DNA of 64,000 bases from positions 22,726,150 to 22,790,149 of the forward strand of contig NC_134026.1 of the NCBI RefSeq assembly GCF_964204645.1. The letters are read 5' to 3'. The notes beneath the pieces are model-generated. The model was not told the origin of the DNA and did no database searches. It saw only the letters and a list, made by a program, of their open reading frames with translations. Below, in pieces: positions 43,601-56,500 of this stretch. The DNA comes from Tubulanus polymorphus (lineage: Eukaryota; Animalia; Nemertea). The first letter of the stretch is position 1. The number at the start of each line of letters is the position of its first letter. Both the position numbers and the translations under genes were made by a program.

Positions 43601-46600
43601 GACGAAACATCAGTGGGGTTCAGTTACATCGTTTCTGATGAATAACCAAGGACAAGTCATATTCCATCCTCTTCTGAAACAAAGCACGACTGTGAGTATC
43701 TCCATTTAAACGTAGGCTTTCTTCAACTTAAATAAAATGAATTGTTCAATCGTAGTGGGAATTGATGCAGATTTAGAAACATGCGGAATATGTTGCAGAA
43801 AATCTATTTTACTGTAGTAAAATTTCTGTATTATATTCATTTTCATTCAAGTACCTGTAGTGAAATTATGTACCGGTACCCTTGATTATTTAATTACATA
43901 TAAATTACTTAATTACATTTTTTTCATGTGAATATATATACTGTACATATGTTTATTTGCATTTAAAAAATTGCTTATTGTTCATTCTTTGTGACATATG
44001 ATTTCTCTCCAAACTTTTGTTTTATATCAAATTTTTGTGTTATTACTATTTGTGCATTATATATTTTCTCCTCATATCGACAGGACTTTGATCAAGCTTG
44101 TGAGACCAGAGAATGCCTCGTTAGTTTTACATACATGTATTCTTCTAACCGCCCTAGTTCCTCAACACACTCGGAGGGGGTAGGGGCACTCGTCTTTCTT
44201 TTCAATTTTACATTAGTCATCAAGCACTCTATGGTGTATAGTAGTAGTTCCTAGTAGAGTCTCTACCCCATAACTGTTCAAATGGAAGAGTAACTTATTT
44301 CCAACTATCTCCTTGATCCCATTAATGTAACAATTTTAAGTACAGCTGTAAATATGATATGTTTCTGACAATTTAATTGATTGATTGCTATTCAGTAAAT
44401 CTACTGATCTTTAAAATCCTATAAATTGTAACACAATAAAGATAATTATAATCTTGAAGGCAAATTGTTCTGAATTTCAAAGCTTTGAAAAAGCTCTTAA
44501 AATTTAAATAACAGTATAGAAGTTGTTAATTCACAAAGATTTGAAGACACTGTACTTAAAAAGTCTTCGATGAATGACTGTTTACCAGTAGTCGGTGGTT
44601 AGAGGATTATTTTGCTAGCTTGTTGCAGACGTGTATTCTCTTGGCTCTCGGTTCACATGATTAGAATCATGTCATATATGAATCCGATGCATTTACATTT
44701 TTGAAATGTACCGAGTTTCTGTATTTTATGCTAATTCTGTGTATGATTTATTCAAAATTAGGAACCTATCTACAAGATGAGCTCAAAAAAGGTCAAGTTT
44801 TGATATTATTTCTTCTACAATTTATAATATACATAGGCCACCAGTTTGGGACACGTGTCTCTAGATGAGAGGTTTTACGGCACCATGCAGCAATATAATA
44901 ACCTAAACACCAACCATACATAGTGAGTGTACGTAGTTGTCTCACATTATCAAATTTTCAACAGATGACCTGGTGAAAGTATTGCCAAAACCATAAACTG
45001 AAAACCATGAAAATTTTCAAATTTTAACAAAAACTCATAAGATTCTTTATCAAAAGAAGTACACGTAAATCAGGTTTAGAAGACGTTGACTATCACCATC
45101 ATAATTCACTAAAATATATCAGATTCCTCCTAATCTTTCTGTAGTGAATGCACATAATTCATTTCTAAGACTCACTAGTTGTCTTTTATATCATCATTAT
45201 TAAAAACTATGTATAATTTAATCTATTAAAAACTATAATTTCGTTTAATTTATATAATTTTATCGTAACATTTGCTAAATACCCTACAATTTTGAGTTTT
45301 ACATGCTAAGTTATTTTATTTGAATAAAAACCATGCAATTTATTTATTCATTCTTCTGTAAAAAAGATATAGTCCTTAAATTTTAACACTTTATTATCCA
45401 ATAATATTTTAGTGGGGTGTAGAGATTTGCTTGTTGCATTTTGATTTTTCCTGCTCTGCTTTGTTCAGAACATGCAATTTATGTTTCCTTGTTTCTGTTT
45501 CGATGTATCCAACTGAACACTGCGGTTGGATTTGGAGAAATTTGTCACCCTCCTATTCTTTTTTCTCAGAATAATGAATTTCCGCATGGTCTGGACTGGA
45601 GAGGATTCACCGTTGATATCTGCACAATTGACTATAATTGCAAAATGTCTTTTTACAGCTGGTAGACGATCCCATATTTATTCCAATACGACAACTGGAA
45701 CAAGACAAAGAAGGCCAACCTGAACATTTCAATACAGTTGAAGAAAATATGAGAAGGGGACAGACTGGGAAATTATTCATAAAGAATGCCAGAAGAGGAA
45801 TACAGAAGGTATGTCTGATAATGAAAGCTACAATAAGCGGAGGTGATCCAATCCAAGTGGTCTACTACCGCAGTATTTGCTACACAGTAGTTTGGGAGCC
45901 AAGTAGTTTGCTATGATAACTCATATCATTGTCATATTTTCAGGGAGACTATCGAGCCGGTGTCAAATTCATACAAGAACCGGTGACTTACTACTACTCA
46001 GCCCTGAATGATTCAGAATATTCATTTGCGTTTACTCTAGCTGAAACAGATACTGTAAGATATGAAAACTTTTTAGATTGAACTTCGGCTCATTTTCAAT
46101 GCTGAAGTATTTAATCATTGATTCTTTCAGGTTTTCAGACGATCACAACAGCCGCAAGATCTGTCGAAATATTGGACTAGTTACTTCAACTTACTGATTG
46201 AATACAATCGAACCAAATCGCGAAAGGAACTTCCCGGAACATTTGAGGATATGAAGGTGCTGGAAGACACTGAAAAGTATCCAGGACTTCGTGTTACAGA
46301 AAAGTATTCCAGTATTTTTCTTGCTCCTAAATGCCATTGCGATGCGAACAAGTATTTTTACGATGATGACTTGGTTCAAAAAACAATCGATGCACATCGT
46401 TACATAAATAGCTATGATCCAGATATTGGTTGCGCTGCAGGTGGAAAGTATGAAAAAGGAATCAGGTGTGTAGTATGTAAGATTGATTGATTTGAGTCTT
46501 TTGGTTTCACACGAAAACTAGGATATTCAATAGGTGATGAGATATTAAGTTATGGGTTTGTTGTTGTAGAGCTGATGTACTCATTTCGCAACCGATTGAA

Positions 46601-48734
46601 GAAATCTGGAGGAAACGTAACTTTGAATCGATAGACCAAGTGAAATGGACATATGTTGGTATGAGAAGTGGTGTCTTTCGAACGTACCCTGGGCATCGTT
46701 CTCGCAGAACTTATGACCCGACTAAGTATGCGGGCTTGAGTCAAATATATGTACAATAACAAAATTAATGAAGTTTATGAACATTAACTTATTTTGACTT
46801 CCTATATCCCTCATAACAGGAGACCCTGGTATCTAAGAACTGTAGCAGCTCCAGATAAAACGTCTGTATCAACACCATATATGGACTCTGCCGGTGTCGG
46901 CAAAATTATCACAATTTCTCAAGCAGTTTTTGAAGGTATGATGTCACGAACTAATGCAGAATGCCAAAATAAATCCAAAGATGGACGTTTACCAGGTGGA
47001 TGTATCTGTGACAAAGATGAAGATTGCATAATAGGTTAGTCACTTTTCATTTAGATGTAGTCATGCTGCGCTTTTTAGCCCCCTTGGAGGACACACAGTT
47101 TGATCAATTATATTGAGGTTTGGTTATGTATCTCTCGAGGGCCAAGAACAATTGGGTGTATCAGAAACACAATGGCCATCTTAGTTTCATCAGTGTGAAA
47201 CTAGGTACTATTCCATTTATCTTGGGATCTATGCAAATTCTTTTTACCACATTGAATTGCAACGTTCTAGCTTATGGCATTTAATATCATGTGATTGTTG
47301 CGTGTTTCAGAGTTATTGGTATATCCATTGAATATTGGACCACTTCCCAAATGGGAATGGTGTCCCTGGACCCCTAGTTAGTTCTATTCAAGAAAATGTT
47401 CTTACAAAGAGAATGAGAACTTCATATCAAATAACATATTTCTGAGATCATTTTTTCTGACATAGGTTACTGTTATATAAGTAAAGCTCCTGGACTCAGC
47501 GATAGTCCTCGATGCGCTACTGAACGTGTAGAAGCTGTTACAAGTCTCGACATTGCTTACAATGATTTCCACGATCGAGCGATGAAAATCATGGAGTCCA
47601 GTACAGGAGAAAGAAATTGCGGTATGATGTATAACTGTCCAGATGGATCACAAGGCTGTCAGACAAGGTATTAAGAGCTTCTATCTTTCAAAAAGCCTGT
47701 AGAGAACTGTAGATATCTTAATCATTCCTATGCACTTTTCTTTCAATTTAGATGTTATTTATTTGACAATCGAGCGAATATAATCGTTGATGCAGACTTC
47801 AAACTCGCTGACGCTTTAGACACGAGTAAATACAAAGGTGTTACTCTCGGCAAAAAGGAAGGTGAAGTTATGAAAGAGTTGGTTTATGTACATAAGTTCT
47901 TCCATCGAACAGAGAGTATTGATTTTCAAGGGTCTTGTAGCATCTCCCCTTCAAGACCAAAGGTATGTTCTTTGAAATTTTTTGAGTTTTTTGTATCTAC
48001 AAATAATGCTTTTCAGTTGTTATGGTTATTTGAATATTTTCCAGGTTACTTTGATTGGCATTCCAACCAATCCTGAAGCATTAGATGACTATTACAAGGA
48101 CAAAGGTCCCATTCCGAAGTTTTCAAATGAATATGGTTGTATTCAAGATGTGGTTGGATATGAAGCAAATTACTCTGCGTTAGGTTAGTCCGCGGTGTAT
48201 TTCAAAATTGACTTGCTTATCGTACCAGTTGAATATGTACAAATGTCACATCCTTTTTTATAGGCCTTAGTGGCATGATCACCGGAAATGTGTCTGGTCC
48301 ATGTATGTCGGGTTTCTACTATGTTACTTCACTCCCAAAGACGAATTTGTTTCTTTTGACGATTGAAAACTGGAAAAGAATTAAGGAGAAAAATTTCTAC
48401 AATTTCAATTGTAAAATTGCAAAAAGGTATGCTGATAGAAAAATTAAAACCATTTAATATGATGGAGGTTTATTTTGAAAGAATTTAGTTTGCTTAATGT
48501 TTTATAAATTTTTGGTTTGTTTTAAGCATTGTCAACTCTGGAGCTTATCGTATCATAAATGGAACATGCGCTCAACGGGAGTCTTCGCAGCAGAGTCTGC
48601 GGGCACAGGGTAAATGTCCACTGCTACGAGAGTTCGATGTCAAGTGCTATTTCCAGCATGGGAACCGTGTACATCCATATTTCACATTGTTAGGAACGTT
48701 GTTGATTTTATGCATAACATTTTCTATCACTTGA
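40648..48734 (+). CDS. VWA + double dCache protein, alpha2delta (CACNA2D)/CACHD family, probable GPI anchor
   Basis: Signal peptide MDGFAVLNIILVFLITLNF; WQYFGSITGVLRMYPG; YDPRTRPWYIAATSGPKDVVIVLDCSIS (MIDAS DxSxS); IVFVTDG; WTSPYLDAWGLG; VAGIDAT; GQVIFHP; second cache GVFRTYPG...YDPTKRPWY...STPYMD; ends in a hydrophobic tail ...YFTLLGTLLILCITFSIT* at 48732-48734. Confidence 0.9.
47357..47375. repeat. Dispersed repeat terminus (MITE-like), shared with 63796-63814
   Basis: ATGGTGTCCCTGGACCCCT is identical at 47357 and 63796, with a degenerate copy at 49867-49887. The two identical copies lie in enlarged introns. Confidence 0.5.
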
Positions 48735-50539
48735 TAGAAATGGTGTTAATGTTTTTAACAACTTGATGGCTATAAATTCCCAGTAAAATAATATTCATAA
48801 TAGGGTCCAGTTATGAGACAAGTAACAATATACAGTAATATGATTTATTGTCACTTAAATTTTTGACCGACCTGACACTATATGTCACTTGTTTTGCATT
48901 TATTGTTTGTGAATGTAGGTCTTTATCTTGGTGCATTTTGTTCATGAAATAATCAAATCTACAATAATTCATGATGCATTTATGTTAGCTAGAAATTGTG
49001 TTAATGCAATCAAATTTTTTTCATGAACAGCGAGCATTTACGCTGTATGTATGCATAATATTGAAACATAAAGAATTCTCTTGCACGTTTGTAAATGTAA
49101 TAATGATGTTAAGGTACTTCATTATTTTGTGATTCATTGGATTGCCTCTATGAAATCATGTTAAGAAATTCACCAACTTTTTCTGTGAACCTTTTGAACT
49201 GCTTACAGTCGTGAGGTTATATTAGGGTGATCTCCAACCTTAAGTTGTGTGCAATAAGTCTGTATAGGCTCCTGGTATTGATTAGTATTATCCTCCCTTA
49301 TACATGTATTAAAGATAATTTAGGGAAGGAATATCAAGTTTGCTATATACTAATTAATACTAGGCCCTACTGTAGGTAGTTAAATGTGTGTGCTTTTACT
49401 TTACAGTATGTTTGAATCTCTTGATTCAATGATTTTTGCAGTTTTAAGTAGTATAATCAAAATTATTTCTGTCTCAGAAAATTCGCTGTTGACTTTGATG
49501 CTATTGCTAGTGGGCTATTGCATTCACTTTTCGTCCTTTGTCATTCCATCTATGGATATAATTAAGTGTCTTTTGGAAATTTTCAGCACGCTTTGATAAA
49601 TAGTTTGATCTCTAGTTTGGCCTGATTTTTGTATGTAATTCTTAAGAAGCTTCAAACAAATTGTCTTGAGGTTTGGTCGTTTGTATCTTATTTGTTCTAA
49701 AAGAGGTCCAGTTCTTCTGGCGCCTATTTTGTTCCAAGAGTTCCATAGCTTCTCTTTTATGAAAATGGCAAGTTTCAAGGCCTTTGGTTTCAGTATATGT
49801 TCACCACAGGGGCATTGGAAATGGAATTGCCAGATTTTTTTTCATTTCTAACTATCCGAAGTGGGCATGGCATCTATGGACCCCTAGTTTGTTTTGTTTA
49901 CAGAAATTTTGTCTCAACTTTATGAATCATTCCCAAGATTTAAAATAACATTGTATTTCCAGATAAGTTATTAACAAGTGGAATAATGTGCAATTCTAGT
50001 GTCTTTGTCTATACCGACCGGTACCGTACATAAAATCGTGTTAACAGTTTACTCAATTTTATACATTGTTTATCAATAAAGAAATAAAGCAATGGTTTAG
50101 AAAAAAATGAATTAACTTCCACTTACTATTTTACTACAGTATGTATTGTACTATTTGCTATTTCCATGATTGCACCTTTATGGCAATTTATGGGATTCGA
50201 ACCCGCTATCTGTACGTGCTGCCATCTGGTTGCCTTAAACAGTACTACACTGACCTAAATAGAAGTAGAGCTCATTATGCATTGCCTACAGGCAAGCGCT
50301 ATGGAAGGAGAGGGTTAGAGAGTTCGCTGCTGCTTTTGATGTCGATTTTAGTCGTGTATTAGATCACTGGAGTGGTTCTTTACCGAGCCGTTATCGCCGA
50401 GTATGTATGTAGCGTTCGAAAATTAATTTCAACAGTGAATTTAAGGTCAAAATCGGAGAATGAATCGAGATTGATTAAAAGACGGTGCTGTTGCGAGAAT
50501 GAAATGAAGTAACTTAACAACTGTCATCAAGAAAGCAAA

Positions 50540-53500
50540 ATGGCAGCAGTTAAATTCTGTGCTTTAAGAACTGTCATACTGGTATATTGGTTGATTGTTT
50601 GCGGATGGCAAAGCTGTTTGCAAATACCGACTGTCGAATGTAGTGGTGGTAACGACGCACCACGCCGGCATATTCGACGCGAAGTAAATGCTGCCTCCTC
50701 TACTGGCGGCGGTGCTGGTGGTGGTGGCGGCGGTCGGGTACATTTCAATAATCCGAAATTATTGAAGGACGCGGAACTCGAATTCTGGACAGACGGATTC
50801 TGGAAAGATCGACGCCAAGAGAGTACCGATCCGAAAGAACTCGGCGGTATTGATATCAGGAATGAGGCGACACGACTTTCAGTGAAATTACGTCGACTTA
50901 CGAATGAGGAGCTTCGTGTACCAGCGATGCAGGTATGTCCTGAGAAATTATTCCACATTTTGCTTTGTAGGTTAACTGCGCTCTAATAAATCTGGATTAA
51001 ATTTTGAGTGTTTTACCATATGCATTTGTCATTGTTTCCACTCATTCTTGAATTCAGTTGAAAGGGGTTTTTAATTTGAAAATAGATATAAGGAAGCTAT
51101 TGGTCTGATCATTTCCGTTTACACGACATTGTCTATTTGTCTACGGGTTCATTAATGGCTCCCAAGAAGCTCTGTGAAGCCGTTTATGATTTTAAGCAAG
51201 TTATTTCGATTCCAAAGTGCCTTGCCCGTAGCCCTGAGTGAACCTATGTTGCTTTTCAAAAAATTAGCTTTTTAAGAGTAGCTTCAGAAATAGGGTTTCA
51301 AGAATTTGTTTTTGAATGTACTGTAGTGATTATGAGGCTACTAGATTTCAATTAATACTTGAATAGTAGAAATAAATTAGATATTTGAAAAGCTTGATTC
51401 ACATTACAGAAATTACATGTTTGATTATAATTAGTATTAAGGTGCCCTTTCAAGATTGTTTGCGTAAGTGATTAAGCCTATTCAATATTTTCAATTTATG
51501 CTTGAATGCCAATAATCACAATTATATAGGCCTAGTGACACTATCAAAAATCTATTGAATATTGTTTATTTCTTCGTGGCTGAATTAAAATCTTCAAGTT
51601 GAAGAGCAGATCTAGACCTATTCGAGGATAGCAGATACACACCTTGGAGCAATCTTTCCAATTTAGTGCCAATACGCACAGATACCAATATAACAGTAGA
51701 ACCACCGTCTAAAACTATTCTCACCATTCCATCAATACCAATTACTATGATGTGAGTAAAGTTTGATATCCAGGTTCAGCGTGTGAAGTCTTTAAGATCG
51801 AATCAAATCAGTTTTCAGTTAACGAAATTTATTCTTGTTTGTTTTTACAATAAAAAAAATCCTTATTGAAGGAACGCATAAAAGTGGACATTCATTACCC
51901 GATTAGTAGGCTTCACTGGTTATTAATTCGATTATTTAGTTAACATTAGTCCAATGTTTGCTAAAGGATACTACCAGTACAGGTAGTGTAGAGGACTGTG
52001 ATTCAAAAAAGGTAAATTTTTTTTAAAAACAAAACTTAGGGTTTTGTTTTGTGCCGATGGAGAATACCGATAAAACCCTACAAAAAACATTCAGTATGGT
52101 TCACATAAGCTAATAGACCTATATCGTTTAAAAGAATTGAGTTTCAAGGAAAGATCGCTCTGTCTTCCCCCTAGAGGTTTATCCTTATCCTTGTGCTGAA
52201 AATTTGTTGTGTGTAGACGTTTGTTTTTCATCAACGCGTCGCTTTCCTTGCTTAGAGAGAACGTTTTCTTCACCGATGCACATGTCTGTCAGATTCGGTA
52301 CCTGGTCACCATGGTAACCGTGCAATGACGGACTTGAATTAAACATGAGCCGACTGATTGTGATACCGTTTAATGATCGAGAGTCTTTTTTGCGGTAGTT
52401 TGTCTTGTTTGCGTTGCTGCTGTTGCTGCGGCAATGTTTTTCTTTACTTTCAATTAACTACGCAGCGTTCATGTCATAATCTACGATAGGCTCTAGATAG
52501 AATGCCTATGCGGCTGTTCGAATTATTTTTTCCGATGATTATATAGTTTGAGGTCATGGACCGACCAGTTTTCGAACTGACGATGATTCAGATTTTGTAC
52601 CGCTTTCGAGAATTAAGTTTTACGACTGCGAACGAGGAATTTTCGATCGGTATTTCGCGAGGAATTTTTATATAGGCTTTCTCGATCGCGTGTTGAAAAA
52701 CACCGTTTTCCAAAGCGATTCAATCTGCGTTGAGCGTTTTCGCTGTCTGTACCCACAAGATGATGATGAGGATGATGATGATGATGATAATGATGATGAC
52801 GACGTGGTGTACGGACAGGGATATGGGATAAGGTTAATTTATCGGCGAGTACATGTTCAGACACACGTGCGATGAATTAGTAGACAAGCTTCCATGAAAT
52901 ATATGCTCGATGCACTTGTTCGTGGTTCAGAGATCAAAGAACAAGAAGCTTATTAGCGGTGTCTTTCATATCTATTGCCTCGTGTGCGCTGTATTTTATA
53001 TCCGTTATTCGGTCCGTTAAATCACGATCCACCTTTGAATGAGAGCCGACTCCTTTGATGATAAAAATGATGTGGTTCCTTATTGCTAAGCGTACGAAAT
53101 TTATGCTGCTGCATCACCGTTTGCCACCAAAAAAACCCCATTTGGTATTTAGGCCTATTTTTGATCTGCATTGTAAAATTGAAGTAGGTTTTAAGGGCTA
53201 GGTATCTCTCTAAATTTTTACATAGGCTAATTACATAACCAAGAAAACTAATTGGACGCTTTGAAAAATAAGAATATTGCATTGTCGCAATGATAAAGTA
53301 TAAAGATCAATAAAGTTTATTTGGATTTGAATCGATAATTCAATTCACTGGAAACCAGTCTAGCCCTGATATATTAATGACATAGCATAAGGTATCTTCT
53401 CAAAGATGATTATTGAAATTTATCAAAAATAGATGAGGAGTTATGTAATATATTTAACTGCAAAAATTCACGTGTAATCATTATTTTGAAACCCCAATAT

Positions 53501-56500
53501 TGATGACAGAGTGCACATCGACTCACACAGAACCTCTGATATAACGTGTTGTTGTAACGGTTTTTACAGCGTCAAAAAAGATTTGAACAAAAAGTCTTTT
53601 ATTAACGTCAGGTACCCCTGTATAGTCGATCGGATCCTATGTAATCTTAAAAGATGAATCTTAAGCTGTTGTTTAGTGTTGTTCTCACGGTTGAAAGACA
53701 CAAATAATAATAAACTAATGCGACAACATTCTTTCAAGCATCTTAACACGCAATGATTGTACGTTGTTGTGTTGTTATTATCGTTGTGATAAAAGCTGCT
53801 TTTATTTCCCCTCGCGGCTTTCATAATGATAACTGAAATTCCAAATATACTGATACCAGCTTTCACTGTAGGCCTATGAAGATTTATTCGGTCGTCGTCG
53901 ATGCAAAAGTCGTGATTGAATTACGTCTACTCTTATCCGTTGATAAGGGTAAGACCGTTGTTATGATGATCGCAGTGGGGCGAATCTGTAATTAATATAA
54001 ACAGGAATTATTCTACTTCATGTGAAAAAAATCTCGACCGACTGACTGTCTCTTAGTAAAAAAAAGCACTCAACACACAATAGCGTTCGAAAACTAGATT
54101 CCTCAAATATCACATGGTGTACAGAATTGCCCGAATTGCCGACAATACCATTTCGTATTAGCTTTGAATAAACAATTTGTGTTTGTCTTGATTCAATATT
54201 TTTCTTCAATTTATTTGATCGCTCGTTAGAGATATGACGTATGCAGCGTGTTAATTGCATCGATGGTTCGATGGTCCTGAAAGTAGAGTATAATGAAATA
54301 TTAGTTAAGTCGAGATACCACTTTCCACCGCACCCGAATGTTTGATCGGTTTGTTCACTTCGAACATGTGGTAGGTTGAAAACGTCTAGATTCCTAACCA
54401 TCGGTGAAACACGTGTCCACGTTGCGATGAGATAGAGAATACCGCGAGAAAGACGGAAGTCCGAAAAGTTCGATAATTTATTCATTCGATCTTCAAGATA
54501 GCTGCTATGAAAATATGAGATGAGGGAAGAAATTATCATCGTCGTGATATTAGTGTAGGATTCTCTGTAGGTTATGTCGCGATTCTTATATCTAACTGCG
54601 GGATTTTATATGACAATTTTCATATTCAATTGCTTTTTTCGATGGTTACATTCGGGAACGCTGCTCGGATGTAAAACCTCGGGACTAGGCAGTTGATTGA
54701 ATATTCATTTAACTGAGCTGCACCCAGAAATAATACGATGCAAATTTCGTCTGTGAAATTTGAGCTATAATTTCAGTTTCTCCCGAGGCCATCCGCGTCG
54801 TCTATTGTAATAGGTTCATTTCTTGTTCCATTCACCGTCATTATATGCACTAGTAATCGCGCCTACTGAGGCGTACACGCGTTTTCCTCTCTATTTTCTC
54901 TCTACTGCTCACTTCGCTATGGCCTCTGTTTTCTTCGTTGTCGGTTTGCTTAAGCGGGACAATAGAAATTCCCGACAATGCACATGTTACCCGAGATAAA
55001 AGAACCCATTTATAAAATGACACTAGCCGTCGAATTTTTGCCCGAGTTTTCATTTGCATAATATTGGCCGCTAGGTACGGGTTTTCTTTGCCGAGCCATC
55101 AAGGCAGTGTAAGATTGAAATGTGGTGTCGTTTTCACATAAAGGCCAATCATGTCTTCAATCATACCGACTGAAACTGTCATCGACATGCCCGCGTGTTT
55201 ATATTAGCAGATATTTGATTTTCGTTACACGCAAATTTCGTCTCGAAATTTCGTGTGCCCTTGTTCCCGACGGGAGTGTATCACCCTGGTAAGCGGGAAT
55301 CTGACATCCTCGCGTTAGAACGTGCATTAGAATTCTCATTGTACCCTTTCTGCTTGGGCCCTGCTTATTTGCGTCGGTCTACTTTGATGTAGTTTATCAT
55401 CGAGCTTCCATTAGACTCTATGAATCTTGTGTCCCCCAATCATCTATCTCCTAATACCCAGGGTATATACACACATGCACTTCTCCTATTCCTTCCCTTG
55501 TGACTCAGTCTGAACAGCGCTTGTGTTTGTGATGTTGCTTAATCCGCTGATTTCTAAAGGAGAGCATCATTAAGTTGGCACAATTACTCAAGATTTCTGC
55601 TCGAAGGCAGGCTTGTCTGATATTTCACTTCAAACGCAGTTTTCATTTTTGTTTCCGCTCCAGACCAGCCGCAAGCAGCGTTTCGCTGTTCGTGGCTATT
55701 CCATTCTGATAATCAGATATTTCTCCGATAAGATAATAGATGCTTCCCCAGCGGAGAGGTATTTGTTGTTTCGGTATTGGATTTATAAGCATTTGATAGG
55801 TGTTATCATCTGTAATGTTTACGAATCGGAGAATATTGGACACATTTTTTCATGATGGAAATCACCTTGTGTGTTGAAATTACTTGAAAACCCTATAATT
55901 TAAAGCCTCTATTATGCACTAGATATTGCGATTGTGTATTTCTAAGTGAGTTTTCATTCAGCCCTAAGACGCATTGAAATTTGATAAGATAACTACATAT
56001 ATGCACGTATGGCCATTTATTGAGCTCTCAGAATTTCGGTGACAATCATGTTTTATTAAAAGGAAACTTTGTGTACTAGCTGTTCATTTGTATTTCACTG
56101 ATTTTCATAAAGGTTTTGTAGCAGTCGACAGTCATTCAGGTGATGTGTACTCTACTGATACGACAAATATTCGTGCATTGTTGGTCTGTTTTTTCTTCTT
56201 GATTCTTTCGAATCGAAGGTGTGCTCGACTAGCCGGAGAAATTTGCGATCTTTTAGCGGGGTCGTAAATGTGCCTTACTTGCCTTTAGGCCTCGAAAAGC
56301 GGCAATAATATTCATGCAGTCCCATGTGTGATTTGACTAAACAGACAGATCCCCGCTGAAGGGAGAACTATTATGAAAAGATAGCGGTGGGTTTTAAGTC
56401 CTTCGTTCACTCGAGTTTGCGTTGCCCGAGGATATCCAGTCAGATGGAAGGAATTGCATTATCCCCCTATGTAGCCGAAGCTTGTCGTATGTGACGAAAA

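Noticed and set aside
50170-50250. Possible tRNA gene
   Set aside because: Only a B-box/T-loop is present; the acceptor, D and anticodon stems do not pair.
50527-50958. Pro-rich antisense ORF
   Set aside because: Shadow of the Gly-rich CACHD1 exon 1.
52613-52875. Poly-His / poly-Asp ORFs
   Set aside because: Products of a GAT microsatellite; no supported splice junctions.
54018-54539. 173-aa minus-strand ORF in CACHD1 intron 1
   Set aside because: No recognisable domain or splice context; likely a chance ORF.
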